64,000 nucleotides of DNA from Acidimicrobiaceae bacterium (GTDB lineage: Bacteria > Actinomycetota > Acidimicrobiia > Acidimicrobiales > RAAP-2). A program made the translations under genes and the position numbers. This document shows positions 8,659 through 17,351 of the stretch, in pieces. The stretch covers positions 1,451 through 65,450 of the forward strand of contig PLZF01000098.1 of assembly GCA_003152015.1 (NCBI GenBank), given 5' to 3'. Under the pieces are notes generated by a model. The model was given only the letters and a program-made list of their open reading frames with translations. It did not search any database and was not told the DNA's origin. Each line of letters begins with the position of its first letter. Position 1 is the stretch's first letter.

Positions 8659-10089
8659 TCACGTCTCCCCAACGCCACCCCGGCTGCGCCACTTCACCTC
8701 GACGACCGGGAGGAGCGGGGCCAGGGTCCCGGCCCGGATGCATCCGGCCCACACCCCGATCCCGTAGGCCACATCATCGGCCACCGACGCCAGCGACCAC
8801 CTGACCAGATCGAGGTCGGGGCGACGTCGCCACCATTCGACGGCCGGGGGGACCATGGACAGAGCCATTGCCGCTCGTCGCATCCGACGTCCCCCCACGG
8901 CACCCAGCACCAGGGCCGGGCCTGCCACCACGGTGGCCGCCCGGCCGAGCCCGAAGAGCGACCATCCGGTCCCCTGCACGCTCCACCGCATGGCCAAGGT
9001 CGGGGGGACACCGAGTGGCCACACCCGTCGGGCCATGGCTCCGCCGTACAGTGCCGTGACTGCCACTGCGATCCGGGGACGGCCGCCCAGGAGGGCGACG
9101 GCCGCCAGCGTTGGCCACGGTCGTAGCTCCGCCGGGGCAAGTCGTCCGGGGTGACGCCGGGAAAGGGGACCGGCGGAGGTTCCGTAGCAGAAGCGCTTCC
9201 GGAGCAACCCTCCCCACGATGTCGGCCCGTGATGCTCGATCTCAACGGATGGCAGGTATCTCACCTGCCATCCGTTGTCGACCAGGGACCACACCAGGTC
9301 CACGTCCTCCCCGAACCGGAGGTCGACGTCGAATCCTTCGCCCCATGCCTGGCGTCGCATCACCAGGGCGGCGGTGGGGACGTACCTGACCAGCCGGTCC
9401 GGGCCCACCTCGCTGGCCTCGGGCCCCATGTCGAGAGGAGAATGATGGCGGTTGAAGCGTTCCCGGGCCGAGCGGGAAGATCCGTTCGGCCGGATTCGGG
9501 GCGCCACCGCCCCCACGACCGGGTCGTCGAACATCTGTACCAGTGGGGCAAGCCAACCCGGCCCGGCCACGCAATCACTGTCGAGGAACGCCACCAACGG
9601 CGTGTCGACCAGGCCCATACCGTCATTCCGGGCGGCAGCCGGGCCACCGTTCACCGCGCGGGTCACCAGCCGGGCTCCGTGTCGGAGGCAGACCTCGGCC
9701 ACCGACTCCGGGTCCTCTGACCCGTCATCAACGACCACGACCGGGGTTGCTCGGCCCAACGAGGCGAGGCACCGCTCGAGTAGCTCACTCCGGTCGTGGA
9801 CCGGGATCACCACGGTCACGTCGGCGATGTCCGCCAGGCTTGACGGTGGGGGGACGGGATGAGCCATGCCCGCCTCGACCAGTCGGCGACCGAGCATGCG
9901 TTCGGCGTCGGTCGAGGAGTTGCCGCCGGTGAGCGCGGCTACCGCCGCCGGACCGTGGGCGGTGAGCCTGAGGATCCGCCCGGGACGGCCGCCGACCAAC
10001 ACGGTTCCTCCGGCGAAACTCCGGACCGATCTATCGAGAACCAGGCGGAATCCCGGCGGCAGGGCGGTCGGTGGCGGTGGAGCTGTCAA
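8659..10089 (-). CDS. mftF: mycofactocin biosynthesis glycosyltransferase MftF
   Basis: Frame 8659..10554 trimmed to the TTG at 10089, which overlaps the SDR stop. GT2 core VVIPVHDRSELLERCL...VVVDDGSEDP...FLDSDC plus a C-terminal membrane region. Last gene of the mft operon. Confidence 0.85.
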   Translation of the reverse strand: MTAPPPPTALPPGFRLVLDRSVRSFAGGTVLVGGRPGRILRLTAHGPAAVAALTGGNSSTDAERMLGRRLVEAGMAHPVPPPSSLADIADVTVVIPVHDRSELLERCLASLGRATPVVVVDDGSEDPESVAEVCLRHGARLVTRAVNGGPAAARNDGMGLVDTPLVAFLDSDCVAGPGWLAPLVQMFDDPVVGAVAPRIRPNGSSRSARERFNRHHSPLDMGPEASEVGPDRLVRYVPTAALVMRRQAWGEGFDVDLRFGEDVDLVWSLVDNGWQVRYLPSVEIEHHGPTSWGGLLRKRFCYGTSAGPLSRRHPGRLAPAELRPWPTLAAVALLGGRPRIAVAVTALYGGAMARRVWPLGVPPTLAMRWSVQGTGWSLFGLGRAATVVAGPALVLGAVGGRRMRRAAMALSMVPPAVEWWRRRPDLDLVRWSLASVADDVAYGIGVWAGCIRAGTLAPLLPVVEVKWRSRGGVGET

Positions 10090-10886
10090 AGAGACAGTCC
10101 ACCGTCCACCGGGATGACGGTGCCGGTGATGCCCCCGGTTTCGGGACCCGCCAACCACACAAGGGCGGCCGCCACCTCTTCTGGGGCCAGGAGCCGTTCC
10201 ACCGGCACCTGAGCCGCAAACGCCTGAGCACCCTCCAATCCGTAGAGCCGGGCACTTTCGTCGAGGATGGCGGTTGCGGTGGAGCCCGGGCTCACCCCTA
10301 CGGCCGTCACACCCGTCGCCCGGAGGTCCACCGCGAGGCCTCTGATCAGTCCGGCCACCCCCGCCTTGGCCGCGCTGTAGGCGGCCAGACCCGGGAGCCC
10401 CCGGGTGGCAGCCGCCGAGACCACGGCGATGAAGCGCCCCTCCCTCGGCATCGGACGCCGGAGAAGGGCGGGTATTCCCACTCGGGCCGCGGTCAGTGGA
10501 CCGCCGAGGTCGACGTCCATGACGGCCCGCAGCTGTGCCTCGGGCATCTCCCACAGCGGCACTCCGCCGGCGATGACGCCGGCCGCGGCAATGACGGCAT
10601 CGAGCCCACCGAAGAGTTCCTCGGCCCGGGAAACCGCCCCGCCCAGAGCCTCGGGGTCAGTGGCATCGGCCACGTGGGCGACCACCCCGCCTCCCGCCGA
10701 GTCCACCACGGCGTGGAGCTCATCGGCGGTCCCGAGCGGGTAAGGGAGCCGGGGATCGTCCGAGGCCAGGTCGACGGCGACCACCGACCACCCGGAGGCG
10801 GCCAGCCCACGTACGGTGGCAGCCCCGATGCCCCGGGCGGCCCCGGTGACAAGCGCGACCCGGTTCACAGTTGCGACCCGGTTCAC
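10086..10886 (-). CDS. mycofactocin-coupled SDR family oxidoreductase
   Basis: VTGAARGIGAATV Rossmann motif, the DDPRLPYPLGT insertion typical of the mft-associated SDR subfamily, and YSAAK active site. GTG start overlaps the mftE stop. Confidence 0.85.
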   Translation of the reverse strand: MNRVATVNRVALVTGAARGIGAATVRGLAASGWSVVAVDLASDDPRLPYPLGTADELHAVVDSAGGGVVAHVADATDPEALGGAVSRAEELFGGLDAVIAAAGVIAGGVPLWEMPEAQLRAVMDVDLGGPLTAARVGIPALLRRPMPREGRFIAVVSAAATRGLPGLAAYSAAKAGVAGLIRGLAVDLRATGVTAVGVSPGSTATAILDESARLYGLEGAQAFAAQVPVERLLAPEEVAAALVWLAGPETGGITGTVIPVDGGLSL

Positions 10887-10901
10887 AGTTGCGACCCGGT
10901 G
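10855..10901. repeat. 18-bp tandem duplication (2.6 copies) spanning the mftE stop / SDR start junction
   Basis: gcgacccggttcacagtt occurs at 10855-10872 and 10873-10890, followed by a partial copy. Each full unit carries a GTGA start/stop overlap. Confidence 0.95.
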
Positions 10902-11584
10902 ACATCGGATGAATCCACGAACCCGACGAGATCGTCGACGGCGGCCGTGAGGAGCCGCTTCCCCTCGTCCGGGCTGGCCGTGGTGGGGTCCCCGAGGACG
11001 CCGTTGGGGCTCACCGAACCGACCCCGCCGGCACGGAGTTCGGGAAGGATCGAGGCGAGGGGCCGGGTGTCACCCGGTGCGGCTGATTCGAGGCGGACGC
11101 GATCGGGGGCGATGGCCAACATCAGCGAGGTCTCGGTATGGCCGGCATGGGCGTCACCTTGCCACCGGGGACTCCACGTCCGCACGTTCCGGCCCTCGGA
11201 ACCCAGGAGGGCCATGGCCCGCTCGACAGGTTGGGAGTTCCCTCCGTGGGTGGAGACCACGACCACGGCGGCGAACGCCGCGCTGGCCGAACGCACCAAC
11301 TCCACCAGCACCAGCTCGGTGGCCGCCTGGCCGATGGAGAGGGTCCCGGGGAATCCATCGTGCTCGCCGCACGATCCGTAGGGGATCGCCGGGGCGATGA
11401 CGGCGTGGGGGAGTCGGATCCCGATGGCCGGATGGGAGACGATGGCCACGGCAATGTCGGTGTCGGTGGTGACCGGGAGGTGGGGCCCGTGCTGCTCGGT
11501 GGATCCCACCGGGACCAGGAGCACTGCCCCCCGGTCGGTGATGCTGGCGACGTCGGGCCACGCCAGCCGGGCCAGTGAGGTCAC
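10883..11584 (-). CDS. mftE: mycofactocin biosynthesis peptidyl-dipeptidase MftE (creatininase family)
   Basis: LLVPVGSTEQHGPHLPVTTDTDIA and STHGGN creatininase-fold motifs. GTGA overlap with the upstream EtfB-like gene. Confidence 0.9.
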   Translation of the reverse strand: MTSLARLAWPDVASITDRGAVLLVPVGSTEQHGPHLPVTTDTDIAVAIVSHPAIGIRLPHAVIAPAIPYGSCGEHDGFPGTLSIGQAATELVLVELVRSASAAFAAVVVVSTHGGNSQPVERAMALLGSEGRNVRTWSPRWQGDAHAGHTETSLMLAIAPDRVRLESAAPGDTRPLASILPELRAGGVGSVSPNGVLGDPTTASPDEGKRLLTAAVDDLVGFVDSSDVTGSQL

Positions 11585-12621
11585 CGCGTCCCCTCGTGGG
11601 CTGCTTCTTCACCAACCGGTTCCGTATCGAGGTAGCCGTGGCGGATGAGGAATGTCAACAAGGCGTCAGCGGCACCGGCGGCGTCGATGGGCCCGACGAC
11701 GGTGGGCGGGTCATGGGCCACCAGTGCGCCGGTGAGGGCCAGGAGTCGCAACCGGGGGTCGTCACTATCGGGGCCCGGCACCACCCGGGTGCGGGGTCGG
11801 AAGGGACGCACCGATCCCACCGCAACCTCGGCCGGCCCGACGGAGCCCGCACCTCGAATGGCACCGGGTCCACCGGCCGCGGTCACCTGGGGGATCTCGG
11901 TGCGTTGGGTCGCCAGCGTGGCGGTCAACGAGGCTCGACGGAGCCGGACGCCGGCTCCCTCCACCGAGCACACCGCCGGGCACGGGACATGAAGGCGTTC
12001 TCGCCACCCCCCATCCAATCGGCGTTCGGCCACCACCATCGATTCCTGATCGGTGGTGGCGATGGCCACCAGGCCCAGGGCTTGGGCCGCACCGAGCTCG
12101 TGGGCCAAAAACGCCGGCAATGCCCCGGTGCCCCGGTCGGAGGATCGGTCCCCGCACACCACCAATGACGGTCGACCCAACGGGGCCAGGGCGGCCACGA
12201 TCATCCCGGCCATGGCCCGTTCATCCGATCCCAGTTCGTCCACGTAGGCCTGATCCGAGGATGGGCTGCCGACGGCGATGCGGAGCACAGTGGCTCCGAG
12301 GGCTCGGGCATCCCGGAGGACGGCATCGGCGGAGGGTGGGGCGGCGGTGATCACCACCACGTGGCCGGACCAGGCCTCGGCGATGCGGAAGGAGTACTCC
12401 AGGGCGGCGGCGTCGGCCGGCGACAACCCGGTACTCCATGGCTCCCGGACCACGGTTCCCGACAATGGTTCGATCTGGGGGCGGAGATCGGTGATCCGGA
12501 TGCAGGCGACCACCATGGGCCCGGTTCGGGTGTCATCCATGGGCCCGGTTCGGGTGTCATCCATGGGCCCGGTTCGGGTGTCATCCATGGGCCCGGTTCG
12601 GGTGTCATCCATGGGGCTCAT
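11581..12621 (-). CDS. electron transfer flavoprotein beta subunit-like protein (FixA/EtfB); start uncertain (12621 or 12516)
   Basis: MVVACIRITDLRPQIEP...SPADAAALEYSFRIAE...VVITAAPPSADAVLRDARALGA is EtfB-like. The ATG at 12621 overlaps the fixX stop (ATGA) and adds MSP plus four MDDTRTGP repeats. The ATG at 12516 gives the conventional N-terminus. Confidence 0.7.
   Translation of the reverse strand: MSPMDDTRTGPMDDTRTGPMDDTRTGPMDDTRTGPMVVACIRITDLRPQIEPLSGTVVREPWSTGLSPADAAALEYSFRIAEAWSGHVVVITAAPPSADAVLRDARALGATVLRIAVGSPSSDQAYVDELGSDERAMAGMIVAALAPLGRPSLVVCGDRSSDRGTGALPAFLAHELGAAQALGLVAIATTDQESMVVAERRLDGGWRERLHVPCPAVCSVEGAGVRLRRASLTATLATQRTEIPQVTAAGGPGAIRGAGSVGPAEVAVGSVRPFRPRTRVVPGPDSDDPRLRLLALTGALVAHDPPTVVGPIDAAGAADALLTFLIRHGYLDTEPVGEEAAHEGTR
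12514..12615. repeat. perfect 24-bp tandem repeat, 4 copies plus a partial copy
   Basis: The unit catgggcccggttcgggtgtcatc occurs at 12514, 12538, 12562 and 12586. On the coding strand each unit encodes MDDTRTGP and contains an in-frame ATG. Confidence 0.95.
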
Positions 12622-12956
12622 CCCTGGTGGAAGACGACGCCCTGGCCGCCGTCGGGATAGGTCCAGGTGATGGCGCCCTCGTGGTTGCACACCATGTAAC
12701 AGGTCCCACACTCGAAGCACTCCTCGTAGTTGAAGAGGATGCCTCCCTCCGACGTGGGTGCGAACAGGTTGGCCGGACAGGCGGTTACGCAGGCCTTGGT
12801 GGTGCACGACCGGCACACATCGGAGTCGACGGTGATGTGGGCCCGCTCGCCCACCCTGAACTCGACAGTGGACATCCGGTCCTCGAAGGAGATGCCCCGC
12901 CAGATTCCCCCCGGCACCTCGTGGCCCGATCCGAGTACTCCACCCGCGGCGCTCAT
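12618..12956 (-). CDS. fixX: ferredoxin-like protein FixX
   Basis: Frame 12618..13610 trimmed to the ATG at 12956 (ATGA overlap with the fixC stop). C-terminal CRSCTTKACVTACPANLF...YEECFECGTCYMVCN...ITWTYPDGGQGVVF matches FixX. Confidence 0.8.
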   Translation of the reverse strand: MSAAGGVLGSGHEVPGGIWRGISFEDRMSTVEFRVGERAHITVDSDVCRSCTTKACVTACPANLFAPTSEGGILFNYEECFECGTCYMVCNHEGAITWTYPDGGQGVVFHQG

Positions 12957-14299
12957 CCGAAGACTCTCAGGGCCCGCACGGTGTCGGCTGCCAGTTGTCG
13001 GAGTTTGACGCCGTGTTTGGCCGCGGCCGACCGGGTCACCCGCAGGCCTCCCTGTTTCGGTACCGGGTTGGTCACGGTGAACATCCCGTCGACCAGGTCG
13101 CAGATGAGGCCCGGGTAGCGCTGCTGTATCCGCTCGGAGAGCACCAGATGCGGTGCCTTGCGCAGCCGTTTGTGGTCGGCCAGCACAAATTGACCTTCCA
13201 GGTCGGAGCGGTAGGAGGCCAATCCTTTCGCCGAGCAGTCTCCGGCGGCGATGGCCCGGTCGACCGCCCGCCCGGCGGCAAGTCCGGAGCCAATGGCGAA
13301 ATTGACGCCTTCCAGCCAGAGCCCGGCCGCCAGTGTCATGGCGGCGGCATCGCCGGCCACCAACATCCCGTCGGTGATCATGGTGGGCATGGTGTCGTAG
13401 CCCCCTTCGGGGATCAGGTGGGCGGCGTACTCGCGCAAGGTGGCGCCCCGCAGGTAGGGAGCGATGGAGGGATGGTTCTTGAGGTCGGCGATCAGCTCCT
13501 CGGGCCGGACCTTGGCCTCGGCCAGGTGGGTCAACGAGAGCACGACCCCGAGGCTCACGGTGTCCGAGTTGGTGTAGAGGAACCCGCCCCCGGGAATGCC
13601 CCGGGTGCAACCCAACATTTCGATATCGATGCCTTCGTCCCCCCGCAGCCCGAACCGCTCGTCGATGACGTGGCCGGGCAGGTCCAGGACCTCTTTCACC
13701 CCGAGGGTGTGGTGCGAGGCCTGGGCCGGCGCCATCAGCCCGGCCTCCTTGGCCAGAAACGAATTGACACCGTCACAGGCCACCACCACTTTGGCCCGTA
13801 GTTCGCCCTGGTCCCGATCGGTGCGAACCCCGATGATACGTCCCTGGGCGTTTCGCAACAGGCCGGTGGCGACCGTGGAGGTGACCAGTTGGGCACCAGC
13901 CTCGACAGCCTTGGTGGCCAGCCAGTTGTCGAAGCGGGATCGAACAGTGGTCATCCCGTTGTAGGGCGCCTCACCCCACGCCGCCGACCGGTAGTCGACG
14001 GACACCGACTGGGTGCCGGTCATCATCATGGTGGACCGCCGGACCACCCAGCGCTCGACGGGGACCTCGTTCCACCACTCGGGCACCACATCGTCGAGAA
14101 CCCGGCCGTAGACCACCCCGCCGTAGACGTTTTTGGAGCCGGGAAACGGCCCGCGCTCGACTAGGACAACCGATCGCCCGGCCCGGGCCAGGGCCAACGC
14201 TGTCGCCGAGCCCGCCGGACCGGCACCCACCACCACCGCATCGAAGACAGGGGTGTCGGACGAGACGCTGGCGGCGGGAACCATGTTGGCCTTACCCAT
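12953..14299 (-). CDS. fixC: FAD-dependent oxidoreductase FixC (ETF-quinone oxidoreductase family)
   Basis: FDAVVVGAGPAGSATALALARAGRSVVLVERG dinucleotide-binding motif. 448 aa. Flanked by ETF subunit genes and fixX. Confidence 0.85.
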   Translation of the reverse strand: MGKANMVPAASVSSDTPVFDAVVVGAGPAGSATALALARAGRSVVLVERGPFPGSKNVYGGVVYGRVLDDVVPEWWNEVPVERWVVRRSTMMMTGTQSVSVDYRSAAWGEAPYNGMTTVRSRFDNWLATKAVEAGAQLVTSTVATGLLRNAQGRIIGVRTDRDQGELRAKVVVACDGVNSFLAKEAGLMAPAQASHHTLGVKEVLDLPGHVIDERFGLRGDEGIDIEMLGCTRGIPGGGFLYTNSDTVSLGVVLSLTHLAEAKVRPEELIADLKNHPSIAPYLRGATLREYAAHLIPEGGYDTMPTMITDGMLVAGDAAAMTLAAGLWLEGVNFAIGSGLAAGRAVDRAIAAGDCSAKGLASYRSDLEGQFVLADHKRLRKAPHLVLSERIQQRYPGLICDLVDGMFTVTNPVPKQGGLRVTRSAAAKHGVKLRQLAADTVRALRVFG

Positions 14300-15374
14300 G
14301 ACCGCCCTCGATGTCGCTCGGGCCGTGGCCGGTCAGGACGCCGGTGGGAATCACGACGTTCAACCGGCGGGCCAACTCGATCAACAGCCCGCGTCCGTCG
14401 GTGATGAGACCCAGATCGGCCATGGCGGTCATCGGGCACGATGGATCGGTGTTCACACTCACCACATGACGGGGTGCCCCGAGCCCACCTACGTGCTGGG
14501 TGGCACCTGATACGCCCAAGGCGATGTAGAGGTCAGGGTCGATAGTGACACCGGTGGTGCCGATCTGACGTTCGTACCCGATCCATCCGGCGTCGGTGAC
14601 AACCCGGGTGGCCCCGGCCGACGCCCCCAGCGCGGCGGAGACCTGCACCAGCAGGTCGAAGGTGGCCCGGGCCCGATCCTCGGATGTGCCTGCCGCCAGA
14701 CCCGCCCCCCCTCCCAGCACCCGCACCGCGTCGGCCAGGTCCATGGTGGCGGGGTCCGGCTCCAAGATCTCGAGAACGTGAGGATCGAGAGGTCCGCTCC
14801 CGGGAGCGCCCTCGGGGGAAGGGCCGGAAAGGGTCACCGGCTCCGGCTCCCAGGGTGATGGTTGTCGCCGCGGCACCACCGAGCGGCTACCGGGAACCAG
14901 GGTGGCCACCGCCGGGCCGTCCACAGTGATCGTCACCAGGATCCGGTCGTCGAGGCGGGACACCTCGGCATCCACACCGCCACGGTGCTCGTTGTTACCG
15001 TTCCGTCCGTCCGGTCCGGGTCCCGGCCGGAAGGAGACGGACACGGCATGGGCAATGAAGGGACGGTCGAGGATCGCCGCCACCCTGGGAGCAAGATCTC
15101 GTCCGTCCGGCGACGAGGGCATCACCACCAACGGCACGTCGTGGAGGAGTGGGGCCAGGGCGGCCGCCAATGCTCCCGGCTGCAAGCCGGGACCTGTCTC
15201 GCAGAACCACGCCCGTTCCGCTGCCGCCAGCGACCGGGCCGCCTCGTTGGTTCCCGAGCCGACCACCACCACCAACCCCCCGGCTTCCGCCACCGCTTCG
15301 TCGCCTCCGACCGGCAATCGCCCGCCCCGGGCCACCACCACCGCAGCCGGTCGTCCGGCATCGAGCCCGCTCAC
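14292..15374 (-). CDS. electron transfer flavoprotein alpha subunit (FixB/EtfA)
   Basis: Frame trimmed to the GTG at 15374 (GTGA overlap with the upstream stop). C-terminal FAD-binding block RVVTDAGWIGYERQIGTTGVTIDPDLYIALGVSGATQH. Confidence 0.8.
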   Translation of the reverse strand: MSGLDAGRPAAVVVARGGRLPVGGDEAVAEAGGLVVVVGSGTNEAARSLAAAERAWFCETGPGLQPGALAAALAPLLHDVPLVVMPSSPDGRDLAPRVAAILDRPFIAHAVSVSFRPGPGPDGRNGNNEHRGGVDAEVSRLDDRILVTITVDGPAVATLVPGSRSVVPRRQPSPWEPEPVTLSGPSPEGAPGSGPLDPHVLEILEPDPATMDLADAVRVLGGGAGLAAGTSEDRARATFDLLVQVSAALGASAGATRVVTDAGWIGYERQIGTTGVTIDPDLYIALGVSGATQHVGGLGAPRHVVSVNTDPSCPMTAMADLGLITDGRGLLIELARRLNVVIPTGVLTGHGPSDIEGGHG

Positions 15375-17347
15375 AGCCCCACCGCCACCCGGTGGCCCTC
15401 GATCACCGCGGCGTGGGCCCGCCGGGGGGCCAGGCAGTCCCCGATGCGGTAGACGTCGAAGGGGGAATGGCGCAGGGCCGACCACAGAACGTCATCAGGT
15501 CGCTGCTGGACGGAGCAGACCACCCAGTCACAGTGGCGTTGCTGGTCGGTGCCGGTGGGGTGGTGTTGCAGCGATAGGTCCACGCCACCGGGATGCCGGC
15601 CTCCCTCGATGGGACCGGCTCCCATCGGGACCAGATCCACACTCTGGGTGATCCCCTTTGCGTGGGCTTTCACGTTCCAGGTCTCCATGTCGAGGGTGAT
15701 TCCCAGATCCTGTCCGACGACCATGCCGTTGGTGACGATCTCCACCCGGCAGCCCCGGTCGGCCAGCAACTCGGCCGTCGATGTGGCCTGATGGAATCCG
15801 AGTTCGTCGACCACCACCACGTCGCCTTCGGGAGATACCCGGCCCTCGAGCACGTCGCGGATGTCGACCACCCGGCGGTGGTCCCCGGCCCACCACGGGC
15901 GGGACGGGCGGGCGCCGGTGGCCACGATCACCGCGTCGGGTTGTTCAGCTCGGATCGAGTCGGCGTCAGCTTCGGTGCCGGTGCGGATTTCGACACCGGC
16001 CCGGCGGACATGCACGATGAGGTTGCGGGCGATATCGAGGAACTCGGCCCGGCTGGGGACGGTGGCCGCCACGAGAACCTGCCCACCCAGGCGGTCGTGA
16101 CGTTCGAACAGGGTCACCCGGTGCCCGCGCTCGGCCGCGGTCACCGCCGCTTGGAGACCGCCCGGGCCCCCGCCCACCACCACCACCACCTTGGACCGCT
16201 TCTGCGGGACGGGCAGGGGGATGGACTCACGCCCGGTCCGGGGATTCTCGATGCATCCGAGCCACCGGTTGAGACCCATCCGGCCGACGCACTCCTGATT
16301 GCACGACAGGCAGGTCCGGATGTCGGTGGCGTGACCGGAGCGGGCCTTGGCGGCGAAGTCGGCGTCGGCGATCTGGCCTCGGACCACCCCGACCAGATCG
16401 CACTGCCCCGCGTCGAGGGCCCGGTCCGCCTGCAGCGGGTCCTTGAAGCGCCCGACACCCACCACCGGCACGCCCACTGCCTCGCGTATGGCACTGGGAA
16501 TGAACATGGCGTACCCCGGAGGCACCTGCATGCTGGCCTCGATCATGTAGAGCGTGGCGGTGGCCACCCCGATCGAGGTGTTGATGTAGTCGACCTGGCC
16601 GGTGGCATCCACCATCTTGGCCACCTCGACCGCGTCGTGAATGCCGGTGCCCCCCTCGATGAGTTCGTCTCCACAGATGCGGACACCGAGGGCCTGGTGG
16701 GTGCCGATTGCCTCGCGCACCGCGTCGACGATCTCGAGCAAAAGCCGGGCCCGGTTCTCCAACGGGCCCCCGTAGCGGTCGGTACGGCGGTTGGTGGCAG
16801 GGGAGAGGAAGCCCCTGACAATGGAGGAGTGGGAGCACTGCAGTTCAATTCCATCGAAGCCCCCGGCGATGCAGCGTGCAGCCACGGTGGCGTAGCCGGC
16901 CACGATCTCGTCGATCTCGTGGAGCTCGACCGCCTTGGGCACCTCGCGGAACAACGGGTCAGGTACCGGGCTGGGGGCCCATACCGGCAGACGGCTGTAC
17001 ATGCTCGATGCCTGCCCACCATTGTGGTTGATCTGGGCGAAGATGGGAACGTCGTGGGCATGTACCGCGTCGGTGATGCGCCGGTACCCCGGGATCACCT
17101 CCGGGTTGAAGCCGTGGATAAGCTTCTCGTACGGCCAGTCGGTGACGTGGGTGGAATGTTCCTCGGTGATGATAAGACCGCTCCCCCCGGCCGCCCGGGC
17201 GGCGTAGTAGGCGGTGTGTTGCTCGGTGGGCAGCCCGTTGGCGGCGTAGTTGGTGAGGTGGGCCGAGAACACGATCCGGTTGCGAACCGTGACCGGCCCG
17301 AGACGCAGGGGCGTGAACAGATGGCGGTACTGGCTGCCGACGCTCAC
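15371..17347 (-). CDS. FadH/OYE-family NADH:flavin oxidoreductase, mycofactocin-associated paralog
   Basis: Frame trimmed to the GTG at 17347. OYE TIM-barrel N-terminal half, Cys cluster CLSCNQECVGRMGLNRWLGCIEN, then VVVVGGGPGGLQAAVTAAERGHRVTLFE FAD/NAD domain (2,4-dienoyl-CoA reductase architecture). Confidence 0.85.
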   Translation of the reverse strand: MSVGSQYRHLFTPLRLGPVTVRNRIVFSAHLTNYAANGLPTEQHTAYYAARAAGGSGLIITEEHSTHVTDWPYEKLIHGFNPEVIPGYRRITDAVHAHDVPIFAQINHNGGQASSMYSRLPVWAPSPVPDPLFREVPKAVELHEIDEIVAGYATVAARCIAGGFDGIELQCSHSSIVRGFLSPATNRRTDRYGGPLENRARLLLEIVDAVREAIGTHQALGVRICGDELIEGGTGIHDAVEVAKMVDATGQVDYINTSIGVATATLYMIEASMQVPPGYAMFIPSAIREAVGVPVVGVGRFKDPLQADRALDAGQCDLVGVVRGQIADADFAAKARSGHATDIRTCLSCNQECVGRMGLNRWLGCIENPRTGRESIPLPVPQKRSKVVVVVGGGPGGLQAAVTAAERGHRVTLFERHDRLGGQVLVAATVPSRAEFLDIARNLIVHVRRAGVEIRTGTEADADSIRAEQPDAVIVATGARPSRPWWAGDHRRVVDIRDVLEGRVSPEGDVVVVDELGFHQATSTAELLADRGCRVEIVTNGMVVGQDLGITLDMETWNVKAHAKGITQSVDLVPMGAGPIEGGRHPGGVDLSLQHHPTGTDQQRHCDWVVCSVQQRPDDVLWSALRHSPFDVYRIGDCLAPRRAHAAVIEGHRVAVGL

Positions 17348-17351
17348 CGGA

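Noticed and set aside
8659-10554. N-terminal extensions of ORF-track frames. Examples are 8659..10554, 11581..12816, 12618..13610, 14292..15485, 15371..17590, 1760..3580, 44210..45430 and 59635..61665.
   Set aside because: The upstream parts overlap the preceding gene and translate to Arg/Pro/Gly-rich sequence. In each case an internal ATG, GTG or TTG at a 4-nt overlap, or one preceded by an RBS, gives a family-typical N-terminus. The trimmed coordinates were used instead.
12514-12615. Whether the tandem arrays (12514, 20541, 36352, 23201) could be CRISPR arrays
   Set aside because: The units are directly adjacent with no spacers. They are 11-24 bp long, mostly lie inside coding sequence, and no cas genes are present.
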